Shown: piece by piece, positions 1-9,037 of the stretch
Position numbering within the stretch: position 1 is the stretch's first letter
Layout: the number at the start of each line of letters is the position of its first letter
Assembly (NCBI GenBank): GCA_037447435.1
Contig: JBBIGR010000022.1
Location: 1 to 64,000, forward strand
Length of the DNA stretch: 64,000 nucleotides
Source of the DNA: Fibrobacteria bacterium
GTDB lineage: Bacteria; Fibrobacterota; Chitinivibrionia; Chitinivibrionales; FEN-1185
Reading direction: 5' to 3'
The notes under the pieces: generated by a model
What the model saw: only the letters and a program-made list of their open reading frames with translations
What the model was told of the DNA's origin: nothing
Database searches by the model: none
Translations under genes and position numbers: made by a program

Positions 1-207
1 CAGGGTGCCGGATCAAACAATAATCAGGTGCCGAATGGGGCAATATTATGCACTTTGTTGGCCCAGAAGGTCAAAAATTGATTTTTCACGCCATTTCATG
101 CCGCTATCGGAAACGTAAGTAAATCCATATTTATCAAGAATAGGGTACCTTTCAAAAGGATAAGGCAAAACTTGTTTTCAAAATATAGTATTTAGAAAGT
201 TTTGGTA

Positions 208-612
208 TTAATTTTTTGATATTTTATAGCTTCCACCGCATACATCGCCTTCAATTGTTCCTTTAATCCATTTTTCAAGTATTCGAATTCGTTCTTCTGT
301 TAATTCCGTTAATTCCATACAAGCGCATTGCGGATAAATGCTTCCATATTCGGAATATTGATTTCCTTTTTTTACTGTGGGAAATCTGGCCTCAATATGG
401 GCGTCTCGATATTTAATCCAAGCCCTTTGAGCATCTTTAAGCCGGCTTATAAAAAGGGTATCATCTTTATATTGCGCAATGATGCTATTATAAACAGCAT
501 TAAGTTTTTTATCTACTATATTGAAATCACATTCAGGTTCTTTTGGGGCAGAGAAAGAAATGAATGAAAATGAAATTACAAATAATAAAATTTTAAAAAA
601 ACATTTGCACAT
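208..612 (-). CDS. LprI/DUF1311-family lysozyme inhibitor, secreted (probable immunity protein)
   Basis: Signal peptide, then C...DKKLNAVY...LKDAQRAWIKYRD...C...LTEERI, the DUF1311 pattern; 18 nt downstream of a GH24 lysozyme. Confidence 0.85.
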   Translation of the reverse strand: MCKCFFKILLFVISFSFISFSAPKEPECDFNIVDKKLNAVYNSIIAQYKDDTLFISRLKDAQRAWIKYRDAHIEARFPTVKKGNQYSEYGSIYPQCACMELTELTEERIRILEKWIKGTIEGDVCGGSYKISKN

Positions 613-630
613 AATTGCACCTATCTGATT

Positions 631-1101
631 TTATTGTTTAAATAAATCGCCTTCTTCTTTTCTGCGTTGCGTTAGCCCTGGAAGTTCTACAAGTTTTCCA
701 TTCTGCAAAGCCTTATTCCATGATAATAAATGTTCCGGTACCTGATCATAATTTCCAGTGTTCAATTCTCTTAGCCATGTACAATTTTTTTCATCTAATC
801 TAGCTGGACCAAAATTATAAGTCCAATCCATCAATGCATCAAATTGATTTTGATTCAATGTAACTTTAACGGCTTTATTAAGAGCATTTTCGAATTCAAT
901 AACTGCATTATCCAATAATTTTCTTGCATCTTCTTTTGTAATTCCATTTGCATATTTTTTATTGTCATCTTCATTAACGGCGCTTTTGTGAAGTAATGTG
1001 CCATAGCCAATAGTCGCATATCCCGCACTATCATTATATGGTTTATCTCTAAATCCTTCATGCTGCATGATCAATTTCTTGCCATTTTCACTTGTTTGCA
1101 T
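631..1101 (-). CDS. GH24 (phage/T4-type) lysozyme domain
   Basis: HEGFRDKPYNDSAGYATIGYG gives the catalytic E-x8-D-x5-T triad; NQNQFDAL and GLTQRRKEE motifs. Confidence 0.92.
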   Translation of the reverse strand: MQTSENGKKLIMQHEGFRDKPYNDSAGYATIGYGTLLHKSAVNEDDNKKYANGITKEDARKLLDNAVIEFENALNKAVKVTLNQNQFDALMDWTYNFGPARLDEKNCTWLRELNTGNYDQVPEHLLSWNKALQNGKLVELPGLTQRRKEEGDLFKQ

Positions 1102-1133
1102 CTTTGAAGATTTAGGGACTTTTCCACTTTGGT

Positions 1134-1586
1134 CTACGACTTTTGTAAATATTCTTGTGTCTTAGGGCATAGTATTCCTTTTTGATGGCCGATCAATTTC
1201 TCGCCGATATCAGTAGGTTTGCCTTTTACAATAAAGTTTCCTTTTTGGGCAGCTTCCTGAAAATGTTTTACGGCTTCGAGCATGTAATTATGGAACCAAC
1301 CATCAAGGGCAAATCCGGTGTAAACATCTACTTTTTGCAAATTCTTTTGTGAGTCAATTACATAGTCGCCTTCGTGATGATTTTCGGCACCGCGTTGTCT
1401 GTCGTTGGCATTTGTACCGTTATTGTCATAATCGCCATGTCTGAGGGTAATGACCGGTTTGATCCAGTTTTTCTGCAACCATGTATCAAGTTCATTTCTA
1501 GTTTTTTTTCCGGCTATACCGTCAGCACTTTTTTGATCAAGAGTTTTATCAGCTTTTTCCGTTGGTTTGAGCAGAAACCAAGGCAA
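1134..1586 (-). pseudogene. 5'-truncated peptidoglycan-binding-domain region, probably the frameshifted N-terminal part of the lysozyme effector
   Basis: PG-binding-like motifs (ADGIAGKKT, DGWF...AVKHFQ, GILCPKT); one extra A in the A4 run at 1141-1144 would fuse it in frame to the lysozyme; the TTG start lacks an RBS. Confidence 0.55.
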
Positions 1587-1620
1587 GAAATAAAGTTATC
1601 TAAATAAATAGATTTTTCAT
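1549..1620 (-). pseudogene. Signal-peptide remnant of a lost secreted (immunity-like) gene
   Basis: ATG at 1620 reads MKNLFI*ITLFLALVSAQTNGKS*, with an internal TAG at 1600-1602. Confidence 0.4.
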
Positions 1621-1645
1621 TATTTACTTTTGATAGTATAATCGC

Positions 1646-2299
1646 TTATTTTTGGTTTGGTGCTTCCATGAGCCAGTGTTTCTTTATGATTGGTCCGTTG
1701 CCGATACGGTATTCAATAAGGCGATTTGCCGTTGTTGGATGTATTTGCCCGATTAAACCTATACCTTTTTTAAATTTGTAAAATGATTGTTCATAAGAAG
1801 GATTTTCACTTTTCCATTTTGGAATTAAGAGAATTATACTATCCGTAGCACTATTGTCATAGGTAAGAGGATTATTTTTTAGTCCATATTCATATACAAT
1901 GTCACCTTTTTGTGGTAATAATTTCCATTGTGGTGCATTACTTTTTAATAATTTATTACCAATGCTAATTTCGCTTACATATCCATCTTTGTTAATAAAA
2001 TATTCAAGGCTTACTTCATCTTTTCTTTTTTTTCCTAATCTTGAAATCAACTGAATTTTTAGACCATTGTTTGTTGAAATTATCTGCTTAACGGAGTCGG
2101 TTTTTGTTGTAAATGGGTTCATACCGCCATCTTGAGCAGCAACTTCATCATCATGGTAAAAAAATGTATCCTGAGTTACCCAATAAGAGCCGGGAATTAA
2201 GGGAAAAAATGAATCTTTTAAATCATTCATCTGATCTGAATAAACGGTAAAGCCCAAAAAAAGATTTAAAAGTACAACATGAATTGCAACTTTAATCAA
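1646..2299 (-). CDS. Secreted hypothetical protein, probable cognate immunity protein of the upstream peptidase effector
   Basis: TTG start at 2299 overlaps the effector stop (TTGATTAA) and gives signal peptide MIKVAIHVVLLNLFLGFTVYS; FFPL.PGSYW and YKFKKGIGLI motifs. Confidence 0.65.
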   Translation of the reverse strand: MIKVAIHVVLLNLFLGFTVYSDQMNDLKDSFFPLIPGSYWVTQDTFFYHDDEVAAQDGGMNPFTTKTDSVKQIISTNNGLKIQLISRLGKKRKDEVSLEYFINKDGYVSEISIGNKLLKSNAPQWKLLPQKGDIVYEYGLKNNPLTYDNSATDSIILLIPKWKSENPSYEQSFYKFKKGIGLIGQIHPTTANRLIEYRIGNGPIIKKHWLMEAPNQK

Positions 2300-3551
2300 A
2301 TTCGAAATGGCCACAATTATTATCCTCTCTTGTAATATTCCGTATAGTTCCATTAAATTCTATGGAATACCAAAGTAAAGCACGAATCCTGGTCGTTACA
2401 TCGGCAAGTTGTGAATCTGCGGCTTGTCCAAATTCATGTTTGCTTTTACCAGGCAGGGCAACTTCATGAGTGCTCTTTGCTTCACAGATTTGCCGATGCA
2501 TTTCAATGTCTGCCTGTTTAATTTCTTCCGTAGTCATTGTTGCTGTTTTGATTTTTGAATATTTAAGCCAAGTATCTTCATTAAACTTTTCTATAATTTT
2601 ATTTTTAAAAGCTATGTATTTGTCATGCAACTGTTGCCGCTGTGATTCTGTGCTTCTATACCCCGATTCCATCCTAGTACCATCTGGCAGATAGGGGCTG
2701 ACTTCATTCCAGGCTTTAATGACATTTGTCCAAGCCTTTTTTGCCGTATCGTCAGTGCCGTTTAGTGCATCATTCTTTTTCTTTTCAATCGAAGCTTCCA
2801 ATGGTTTTATATCAGTCTTTTTGGGCGGACCGTATTTTTTTGCGGATTTGCCGAATAAATTTTTCTCGGTGTTTCCGCCTTTGTCAATTTTGCCGTCTAT
2901 GGTTACTAAGCCATGTGGTATTTCTTTGTGCTGTGCCTGGAAAAACTTAATGGCCTTTATGTCCTCTGGCGCTATCGTTTCGGATTCATCTTTTACCGGG
3001 TATTCAAGTGCCTTAAGCTTTTTCTTTACTAATTCCACATCGTCCGGCAGGTTTTTTCCGCCTTGCCCAACACTATCTTTTAGACCTGCATTGTTTTGAG
3101 GCATCTTCAACTTTTCGCTCGAAATCTCTTTTTCTCCTCGCCGGTGCGAAGCTTTGAAAAAGTATTCGACCGTTTCACCCTGGGTATAATCATCCGGATA
3201 AAAAATTGTAAACTCGGTTTCGGCTATGCCGTTTTTTTCGTTCCCTACTTTGTCGGGTTTCATTATTTCCGTTTTGCCTTTGTAGGTGCAATAAAGGCAA
3301 AAGGTGATTTTGGTCATTATTGTATGGCGTAAATATTCGATTTTGACCTGGGCTTTACATTTGCCGTTAAAGGTAACAGCATCTTTGGGCAGTAGGAATT
3401 TTGCATCGGATAATCTCGCCTCAATAGGTGTAGGCTCTTTCGGTGGCTCCGGTACAGGGTCTGTTTTGTATTTTACGCGTGTATTATCTGCAGGCGCAGC
3501 TTTAGGCTTTATAAAATAGTAGCTGTGAATATCTTGGTAAGGTTCAGCCAT
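2292..3551 (-). CDS. Multidomain peptidoglycan-targeting effector: unknown N-terminal domain + PG-binding domain + M15 (VanY-like) Zn peptidase
   Basis: SVGQGGKN..DDV...AIKFFQ...DGKIDKGGNT (PG-binding); SGYRS..SQ, ALPGKSKHEFGQAAD (H-x6-D) and terminal HFEF (third Zn ligand); no signal peptide. Confidence 0.8.
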   Translation of the reverse strand: MAEPYQDIHSYYFIKPKAAPADNTRVKYKTDPVPEPPKEPTPIEARLSDAKFLLPKDAVTFNGKCKAQVKIEYLRHTIMTKITFCLYCTYKGKTEIMKPDKVGNEKNGIAETEFTIFYPDDYTQGETVEYFFKASHRRGEKEISSEKLKMPQNNAGLKDSVGQGGKNLPDDVELVKKKLKALEYPVKDESETIAPEDIKAIKFFQAQHKEIPHGLVTIDGKIDKGGNTEKNLFGKSAKKYGPPKKTDIKPLEASIEKKKNDALNGTDDTAKKAWTNVIKAWNEVSPYLPDGTRMESGYRSTESQRQQLHDKYIAFKNKIIEKFNEDTWLKYSKIKTATMTTEEIKQADIEMHRQICEAKSTHEVALPGKSKHEFGQAADSQLADVTTRIRALLWYSIEFNGTIRNITREDNNCGHFEFD

Positions 3552-3631
3552 GAAAGCAATTCCTTAAAATCTTTAAGTTAATTTCTTATACATTTTTTGG
3601 ATGTGACTGTCGTCACAAATCCGAAAAATAT

Positions 3632-6600
3632 CTAATAAGAAAATGTATGCCCGATTGTACTCGATGTCACACTGCCTCTTGCGTCTCGTGCGTGGACTTG
3701 GTAATAATATCCATGCTTCGGGGTATTTGCCGGAAGCTTAAATTTAAACATATAATCATAAAAAGAATCATCGCTCACTCGATATCCGCTTTTCCAATTG
3801 CTTTGAATATCTGCCGGTAGTGTTGAGTCAGGTTCGCTTCCGTCATGAACAAGAATTTGATATTGTGTTGCGTTTCCATCCTTAGCATCTTTGTTTTTAA
3901 AGTAAATCGTAATGCTATCGGAAGCCGTAACCGCGTTTATTACCGGCGCGGGTGGTGGTGCATCGGGATAAAGCCACATTGTATCTCCAGAAACATTGCC
4001 GTCATCATCCTTGCCGAATACCGCCATTTGAAATCCGCTGTTTACAAGCGGTGCCACAATGTTATAGTTGCGATAAATACTATCGGTTCCGGTTTGTGTG
4101 GCACTGGAAGTATCAAAAGGGGCATTAAATTTCCAGAAATAATTTTTTAATGTCCCATTGGTATCATAGCTGCTAATAGGAATGTTTATATTTCCCCCGA
4201 CCGCAGGCGTTACAACAAATAATGTCTCTCCGCCAGGATTCCAAATCCTTGGTATACCAAGATGCACTGTCACTTGTTTTGTTGTTATTGTCAATAGACT
4301 GTCATTATCCATTGCACCATATCGAATTGTTTTCACGCCGGAAGAGCTAAAATGACCTAAGGCGCTTCCGTTTAAACTGCTATCTTGCCAAGCACCAGTA
4401 TTAGTCCAGTCATAATAATAACGGATAATGGTTCCATTGGTATCACGGGCAGAAATTTGGTAAGTATTTGTGTCGTTTATCCAAATTGTTTGAGGCACAT
4501 GGATTGAATCAATTGCCGGTGCTCCACGCCTTATTTTAATTTGCAAAACTGAAGTATCCGAAAGTAATCCGTCGTTATCTTTTGTAATTGCACGTATTGT
4601 TTTCGCCCCGGTGTCCGATCGAGCAAAAATTCGTTTGAAAGCGTATGCGCCTGCGGGTGCTTTAATGAATGCATTGTAACTTCCAGTACCATTATCAACG
4701 CTTATTGAATCGACCGTCCCGTTAGGATCAGAATACGATATTGCAAAGGTCATACTGTCGTTGATGAACATTTTCGAAGCAAGCGTATCACAGGTAATAC
4801 CGGTAATCACCGGCTTGCCAAGATGAATATTCAACACTTTTGAGACCACGGCAGACTTTGTCCCCATATCATTATATGCCCAGACATTTATCGTTTTTGC
4901 GCCGGTATCGGAAATCGTATATGTATGAGCGAAGGTGTCAAGAACGGAAGCGCCTGTTTTTGTAACATTGGAATCGTTCGCAACAGTGCCGCCATTCCAA
5001 TTGATATATACTTTTTTGATCGTGCCGTGGGGTGTTGATGCGGAAACGATGAATTTGTTGCTGCTCGAAATATATAGAGCATTTTCCGGCGTAATCGAGG
5101 TAATTGCCGAGACAACCGGAGCTGTCGTTGCTACGGTCAAAGTAGCTTTTACAGTATCTGATGCCAAGCCGTCATTATCTACCGCATAGGCGCTAACGAC
5201 TCGGGTTCCGCTTTGCGTGAATACCGTATCGATGAAGCCGAGCGGCAGGGCATATGATTTGAATGCTTCGCCGGTGTTCCATGAAATAAACCATTGTTGT
5301 ATGGTCCCGTTCGTATCGTTTGCGGTAAGAGAATATTGAGCATGGTCGTTCACATAGACCGTTGCGAGGTTCCATGAAAATGCCGTCGTCACCGGTGTGC
5401 CGCGGCGAATCGTCACATGTTTTGAAAAAACTTGCGATTTGTAGCCGTCGTTGTCCGTTGCCCAAACCGCAATGATCCTGGGACCGGAGGTGGAAAGCGG
5501 ATAAACATGGACCGGCGAAATCAGGGAATCGAGTTTTGATGTATTATCAACGACGAACGAATCGATATTCGCGCTTTGCGTACTGTCCCAATTCACAAAA
5601 ATCATCTTGACTGTACCGTTCGGATCCATGGCGCTGATTTTAAGATCGATTGCCTCATTGACAAAAAGCCGTGATTCTGCAGTGTCAATTACGGCCGAAA
5701 GAATTTTGGGCAATCCCGGATCAACGGTCACCAGGAACGTGTCCGGCTTTGCCGATTGTGCCCCGCGCGTATCCATGCACACGGCGGTGACGGTAAATAT
5801 GCCCGGTTTTGTGAATTTGTAGGAAAATAGCGGCGCCGTAGTAGTGTCGTATTTGTTATCTTCCAGGACGCGCCAGTAGTATTTCGAAATAGCGGCACCG
5901 CTTGCACCGGGCATTGCGCTCACGGTGAATTGGTTGGCGACATCGACATACACGGTCGTGTCGGCCTTGGAAATAAAATAAGGATAATCGGCCTTGACAT
6001 TTACTACGGTAAAGGACGTTTCGGACAAAAATCCGTCATTATCTTTTGCCCATCCCGATATTTTATAAAAGCCCGCATAGGGAAACGACAGTATAATCGA
6101 TGAGTCGGCCGTCGTCGTGTCGGCCTTGCCGTCGTTGTTTTTGTCCCAAAATACCGTGTCGATTTTTCCCGATTTGTCCGGATTGACGTCGAACGTATGT
6201 GCGCTAATGACAACCGGCGTCAGAATGGGCGTTGCGATTGTGTCTTTACTCATGCGGAAAACGGGCTTGTATTGCCGTATCGTCACGAAGCTCGACAATT
6301 CGCTCGACGAATCGCCCACCGCATCTCTGGCTATAACCTTGATCTGAAGCGGGACGCTGTCGTTAAAGGTGCCGCTCCAGGCGGTCAATGTCGGGCCGCT
6401 GACGTTTGTAATTTTTGAGCCTTCAAAAATTTTCCAATAATAGCTGCCGTTACGTTTTGCCAGTTTGGCCGTACTGTCGAGCGTTACCTTCCAGGTCGCC
6501 TGATGCCGGGCGGTAATGACGTCGGGGAATTCCCCGGTTACTTTAGTCAATGTATATTGAAAGTTCTTCGGTATCAACTTCTGCGTCGCGGTGTCGCCGC

Positions 6601-7828
6601 GAAAACCGAAAATGTTGATGCCGAAGACCCGAATGGTCATGACCGAAGAATCGGGGAGAATTTTGATATGATTGATTTCGGTGGTGAAAACAGTATCAAA
6701 ACCGGGCTTGGAAATTTTCCAGGTGTATTTGGACGCGCAGGAATTCGTGTCGGACACCTGCATGTCGATTGAATCTTTATTCGATACGAAAATACTGTCT
6801 TTGGAAACCGAAAACTGCAGTGAAGGAAGTTTGTAAAGGACAAAAAAAGTATCGGTCTGAATTTCTGATTTTATGCCCGCACTGTCGAGTAAATATGTTT
6901 TAAGCACTACTTTGCCCGTGTCGATAAGCGGCTTGCTCATTTTTATATCGACTCGTTTTGCGTAGGAGAAATAAACCGACGTGTCGGCATATGACGATGA
7001 ATCGGCCTGAGATCTTTTCTCTTTTGTAGCTATCACTTTGAATTGCGATGCGGCGGCATTGGAAAGGAAGACAGGGCATTTTAACGTGTCGCCGCAATGA
7101 AACGTTTTGGGCAAAGCGATGCTGTCGAATGCTGGCGTGTAGCCCTGGATACTTATTGCGATGCGCGTGGTATCGGAGGTGAAATTGTTATTGGTTGCCC
7201 AAATGATCAATGAATCGCTGAATAAATTATCCGGAACAACAATCGCAATATGGTTCGTTCCTTTTGGAAGCGCTTGTATGGTATCGATGATTTGCGCCTG
7301 TTTCAATTTCAAAAAGAGATTATTGACTCCGCCGGAAGAATCCTCGATATCGATGGAAATAAGATTTGTCCCTCTACCGAGCGTTAATGACGCGGGTAAA
7401 TTTTTCAAGCTGGGTTTGTAGGGATTTTTTACAATGATTTTCGCCGAATCCAATACTTTTTTCCCGTTCGGGCGAACACCGGTCAAATAAACCATGCCCG
7501 AAAATTCTTTTTTAAATTTAACGGCGAGCGTTGCTTTTTGGGGATCGTTCGTTCCATAGGCGACGGACACGTCGAATAATGCTTTTAGTGAATCGCCCGG
7601 GGTTATTGAGTCGAATTTGTCTACGCCCGTGCTGCAGGATACGATATAGGTTTTCAGCATTTCGAGGGTGTTTGGCGCCTGAAGACTGTCCCAATTCACT
7701 TCGAGAACATAATTTCCCTCGTACGAAGAGGTGACGGGGTTGTTGTTCTGGTGTTTTGAACAAAGGAAAATCAATCCGCATAAGCAGGATGCGGCCGCAA
7801 TAATTGACAGGCGTGTAAATCTGTTCAT
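3632..7828 (-). CDS. Large surface lipoprotein with tandem PKD/Ig-like domains and a C-terminal FN3-like domain
   Basis: Start moved to ATG 7828 (AGGA RBS); lipobox-like LIFLC; recurring D-x-N/D-G motifs (WAKDNDG, WATDNDG, YAVDNDG, TKDNDG); PPAP...YYYQVHARDARG. Confidence 0.8.
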   Translation of the reverse strand: MNRFTRLSIIAAASCLCGLIFLCSKHQNNNPVTSSYEGNYVLEVNWDSLQAPNTLEMLKTYIVSCSTGVDKFDSITPGDSLKALFDVSVAYGTNDPQKATLAVKFKKEFSGMVYLTGVRPNGKKVLDSAKIIVKNPYKPSLKNLPASLTLGRGTNLISIDIEDSSGGVNNLFLKLKQAQIIDTIQALPKGTNHIAIVVPDNLFSDSLIIWATNNNFTSDTTRIAISIQGYTPAFDSIALPKTFHCGDTLKCPVFLSNAAASQFKVIATKEKRSQADSSSYADTSVYFSYAKRVDIKMSKPLIDTGKVVLKTYLLDSAGIKSEIQTDTFFVLYKLPSLQFSVSKDSIFVSNKDSIDMQVSDTNSCASKYTWKISKPGFDTVFTTEINHIKILPDSSVMTIRVFGINIFGFRGDTATQKLIPKNFQYTLTKVTGEFPDVITARHQATWKVTLDSTAKLAKRNGSYYWKIFEGSKITNVSGPTLTAWSGTFNDSVPLQIKVIARDAVGDSSSELSSFVTIRQYKPVFRMSKDTIATPILTPVVISAHTFDVNPDKSGKIDTVFWDKNNDGKADTTTADSSIILSFPYAGFYKISGWAKDNDGFLSETSFTVVNVKADYPYFISKADTTVYVDVANQFTVSAMPGASGAAISKYYWRVLEDNKYDTTTAPLFSYKFTKPGIFTVTAVCMDTRGAQSAKPDTFLVTVDPGLPKILSAVIDTAESRLFVNEAIDLKISAMDPNGTVKMIFVNWDSTQSANIDSFVVDNTSKLDSLISPVHVYPLSTSGPRIIAVWATDNDGYKSQVFSKHVTIRRGTPVTTAFSWNLATVYVNDHAQYSLTANDTNGTIQQWFISWNTGEAFKSYALPLGFIDTVFTQSGTRVVSAYAVDNDGLASDTVKATLTVATTAPVVSAITSITPENALYISSSNKFIVSASTPHGTIKKVYINWNGGTVANDSNVTKTGASVLDTFAHTYTISDTGAKTINVWAYNDMGTKSAVVSKVLNIHLGKPVITGITCDTLASKMFINDSMTFAISYSDPNGTVDSISVDNGTGSYNAFIKAPAGAYAFKRIFARSDTGAKTIRAITKDNDGLLSDTSVLQIKIRRGAPAIDSIHVPQTIWINDTNTYQISARDTNGTIIRYYYDWTNTGAWQDSSLNGSALGHFSSSGVKTIRYGAMDNDSLLTITTKQVTVHLGIPRIWNPGGETLFVVTPAVGGNINIPISSYDTNGTLKNYFWKFNAPFDTSSATQTGTDSIYRNYNIVAPLVNSGFQMAVFGKDDDGNVSGDTMWLYPDAPPPAPVINAVTASDSITIYFKNKDAKDGNATQYQILVHDGSEPDSTLPADIQSNWKSGYRVSDDSFYDYMFKFKLPANTPKHGYYYQVHARDARGSVTSSTIGHTFSY

Positions 7829-7842
7829 TGGTATGTCCTGAA

Positions 7843-8706
7843 TTAGAAGAAAAAAGTCACCGAGCAAAGCGCCGCGCATGCGGCGGCACAAACATATGCA
7901 ATGGTTCTGCGCCCGTCGGCATCCTGGGATTTTTGCAAATACTCGTCGGCGCGCAGGCCCTGGTTTTTATCTTGGGACAAGGAAAAATAACGGTCCGATT
8001 GCGAATTCTCGTATAAACCCCATCCGAGACAGGCGACCGCGCCGATTCCGGAACCGATGCGAAACGTCAGCTTCCATGGAAACGGCTTATCGGCCGATGC
8101 GGGGGGTGGGGCAGATCTGACAGGATTAGCAGCCGCCACCGTCGTATCTTTTGCCGGCTTCGGTTGTTGGAACACATAGGAAAACGCCGCATTGTCCTTT
8201 ATGGCGATTTCCTTACCTGCAACCGTCAAGTCGGTCCGGCCGTTCTTTACAAACATCATAGTGTCCAGCGTTGTATGCGACGACGGCGCAGCGACCGAAA
8301 TTCCAAAAGTGCTGAAGGCGATCCTCGTATTTGTAAATGAGATAGTGTCGGCGGTTAGGTTTGCCGAAATGCCGTTCCAATCGAAGGGCGCCGGCTGATT
8401 CGACTGCGGCGGCGAAGCGTTTCGGTCGTTGTCCGAGGTGAAAACCACCGGGTCCATAGATGTGCCGTTGCAGCGAATATTGCCTTCGACGGTTATGCCC
8501 GTATACGGTTTGAACCTTATAATGCTTCCTGCTGCAAAAACAATCGTGGTCCCCGGTTTAACAATAATATCTTTGGTAACAAGGTATTCCGCTTTTTCGA
8601 AAACCCCGTCCTGTTCTCCGGAAAGTACGATATCTTTGGCGATGATGGAAAAAGCCGAAATAAGCAAAATGAAAATTGAAAAAGCGACATTGCCGAACTG
8701 CTTCAT
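7843..8706 (-). CDS. Secreted protein with short right-handed beta-helix domain, Pro/Ala linker and C-terminal hydrophobic segments
   Basis: Start at ATG 8706; signal peptide; YLVTKDIIVKPGTT...G.I.C.GT..DPVVFTS...WNGI motif; ends VTFFF. Confidence 0.7.
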   Translation of the reverse strand: MKQFGNVAFSIFILLISAFSIIAKDIVLSGEQDGVFEKAEYLVTKDIIVKPGTTIVFAAGSIIRFKPYTGITVEGNIRCNGTSMDPVVFTSDNDRNASPPQSNQPAPFDWNGISANLTADTISFTNTRIAFSTFGISVAAPSSHTTLDTMMFVKNGRTDLTVAGKEIAIKDNAAFSYVFQQPKPAKDTTVAAANPVRSAPPPASADKPFPWKLTFRIGSGIGAVACLGWGLYENSQSDRYFSLSQDKNQGLRADEYLQKSQDADGRRTIAYVCAAACAALCSVTFFF

Positions 8707-9037
8707 TTGATGAAGGGTGCTGTAATAAAAATGATTTCTCATAAACTCACATTGAATGATGTTAATTATTTCTTTAAAAAAATCCCCCAAAACTGTTTCT
8801 GCGGGTAACTTCGAAGCGTTGCCCTAGAGGGTATGTTTTTAAACGCTTCCTTGAAAGAAAGTATTTAAAAAATTAAACTATAATATAAATATTGGAAAAG
8901 CAGCAGGTTCATTAGTATATGTATGTAGTATATAAATACGCGGCATTGAAAACGACAACCGGATTTCAATGGGCCGGTGAAATGCGCAAAATATATAATT
9001 TATAGGCCTTTTATAGTTTTTTTTATCCAGAGAAACC

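Noticed and set aside
1..207. Possible gene fragment at the left edge
   Set aside because: No convincing reading frame or motif could be identified
631..1101. GH24 lysozyme as a prophage lysis gene
   Set aside because: No holin, spanin or structural phage genes; it is followed by a lysozyme inhibitor and preceded by PG-binding sequence, which fits an effector context
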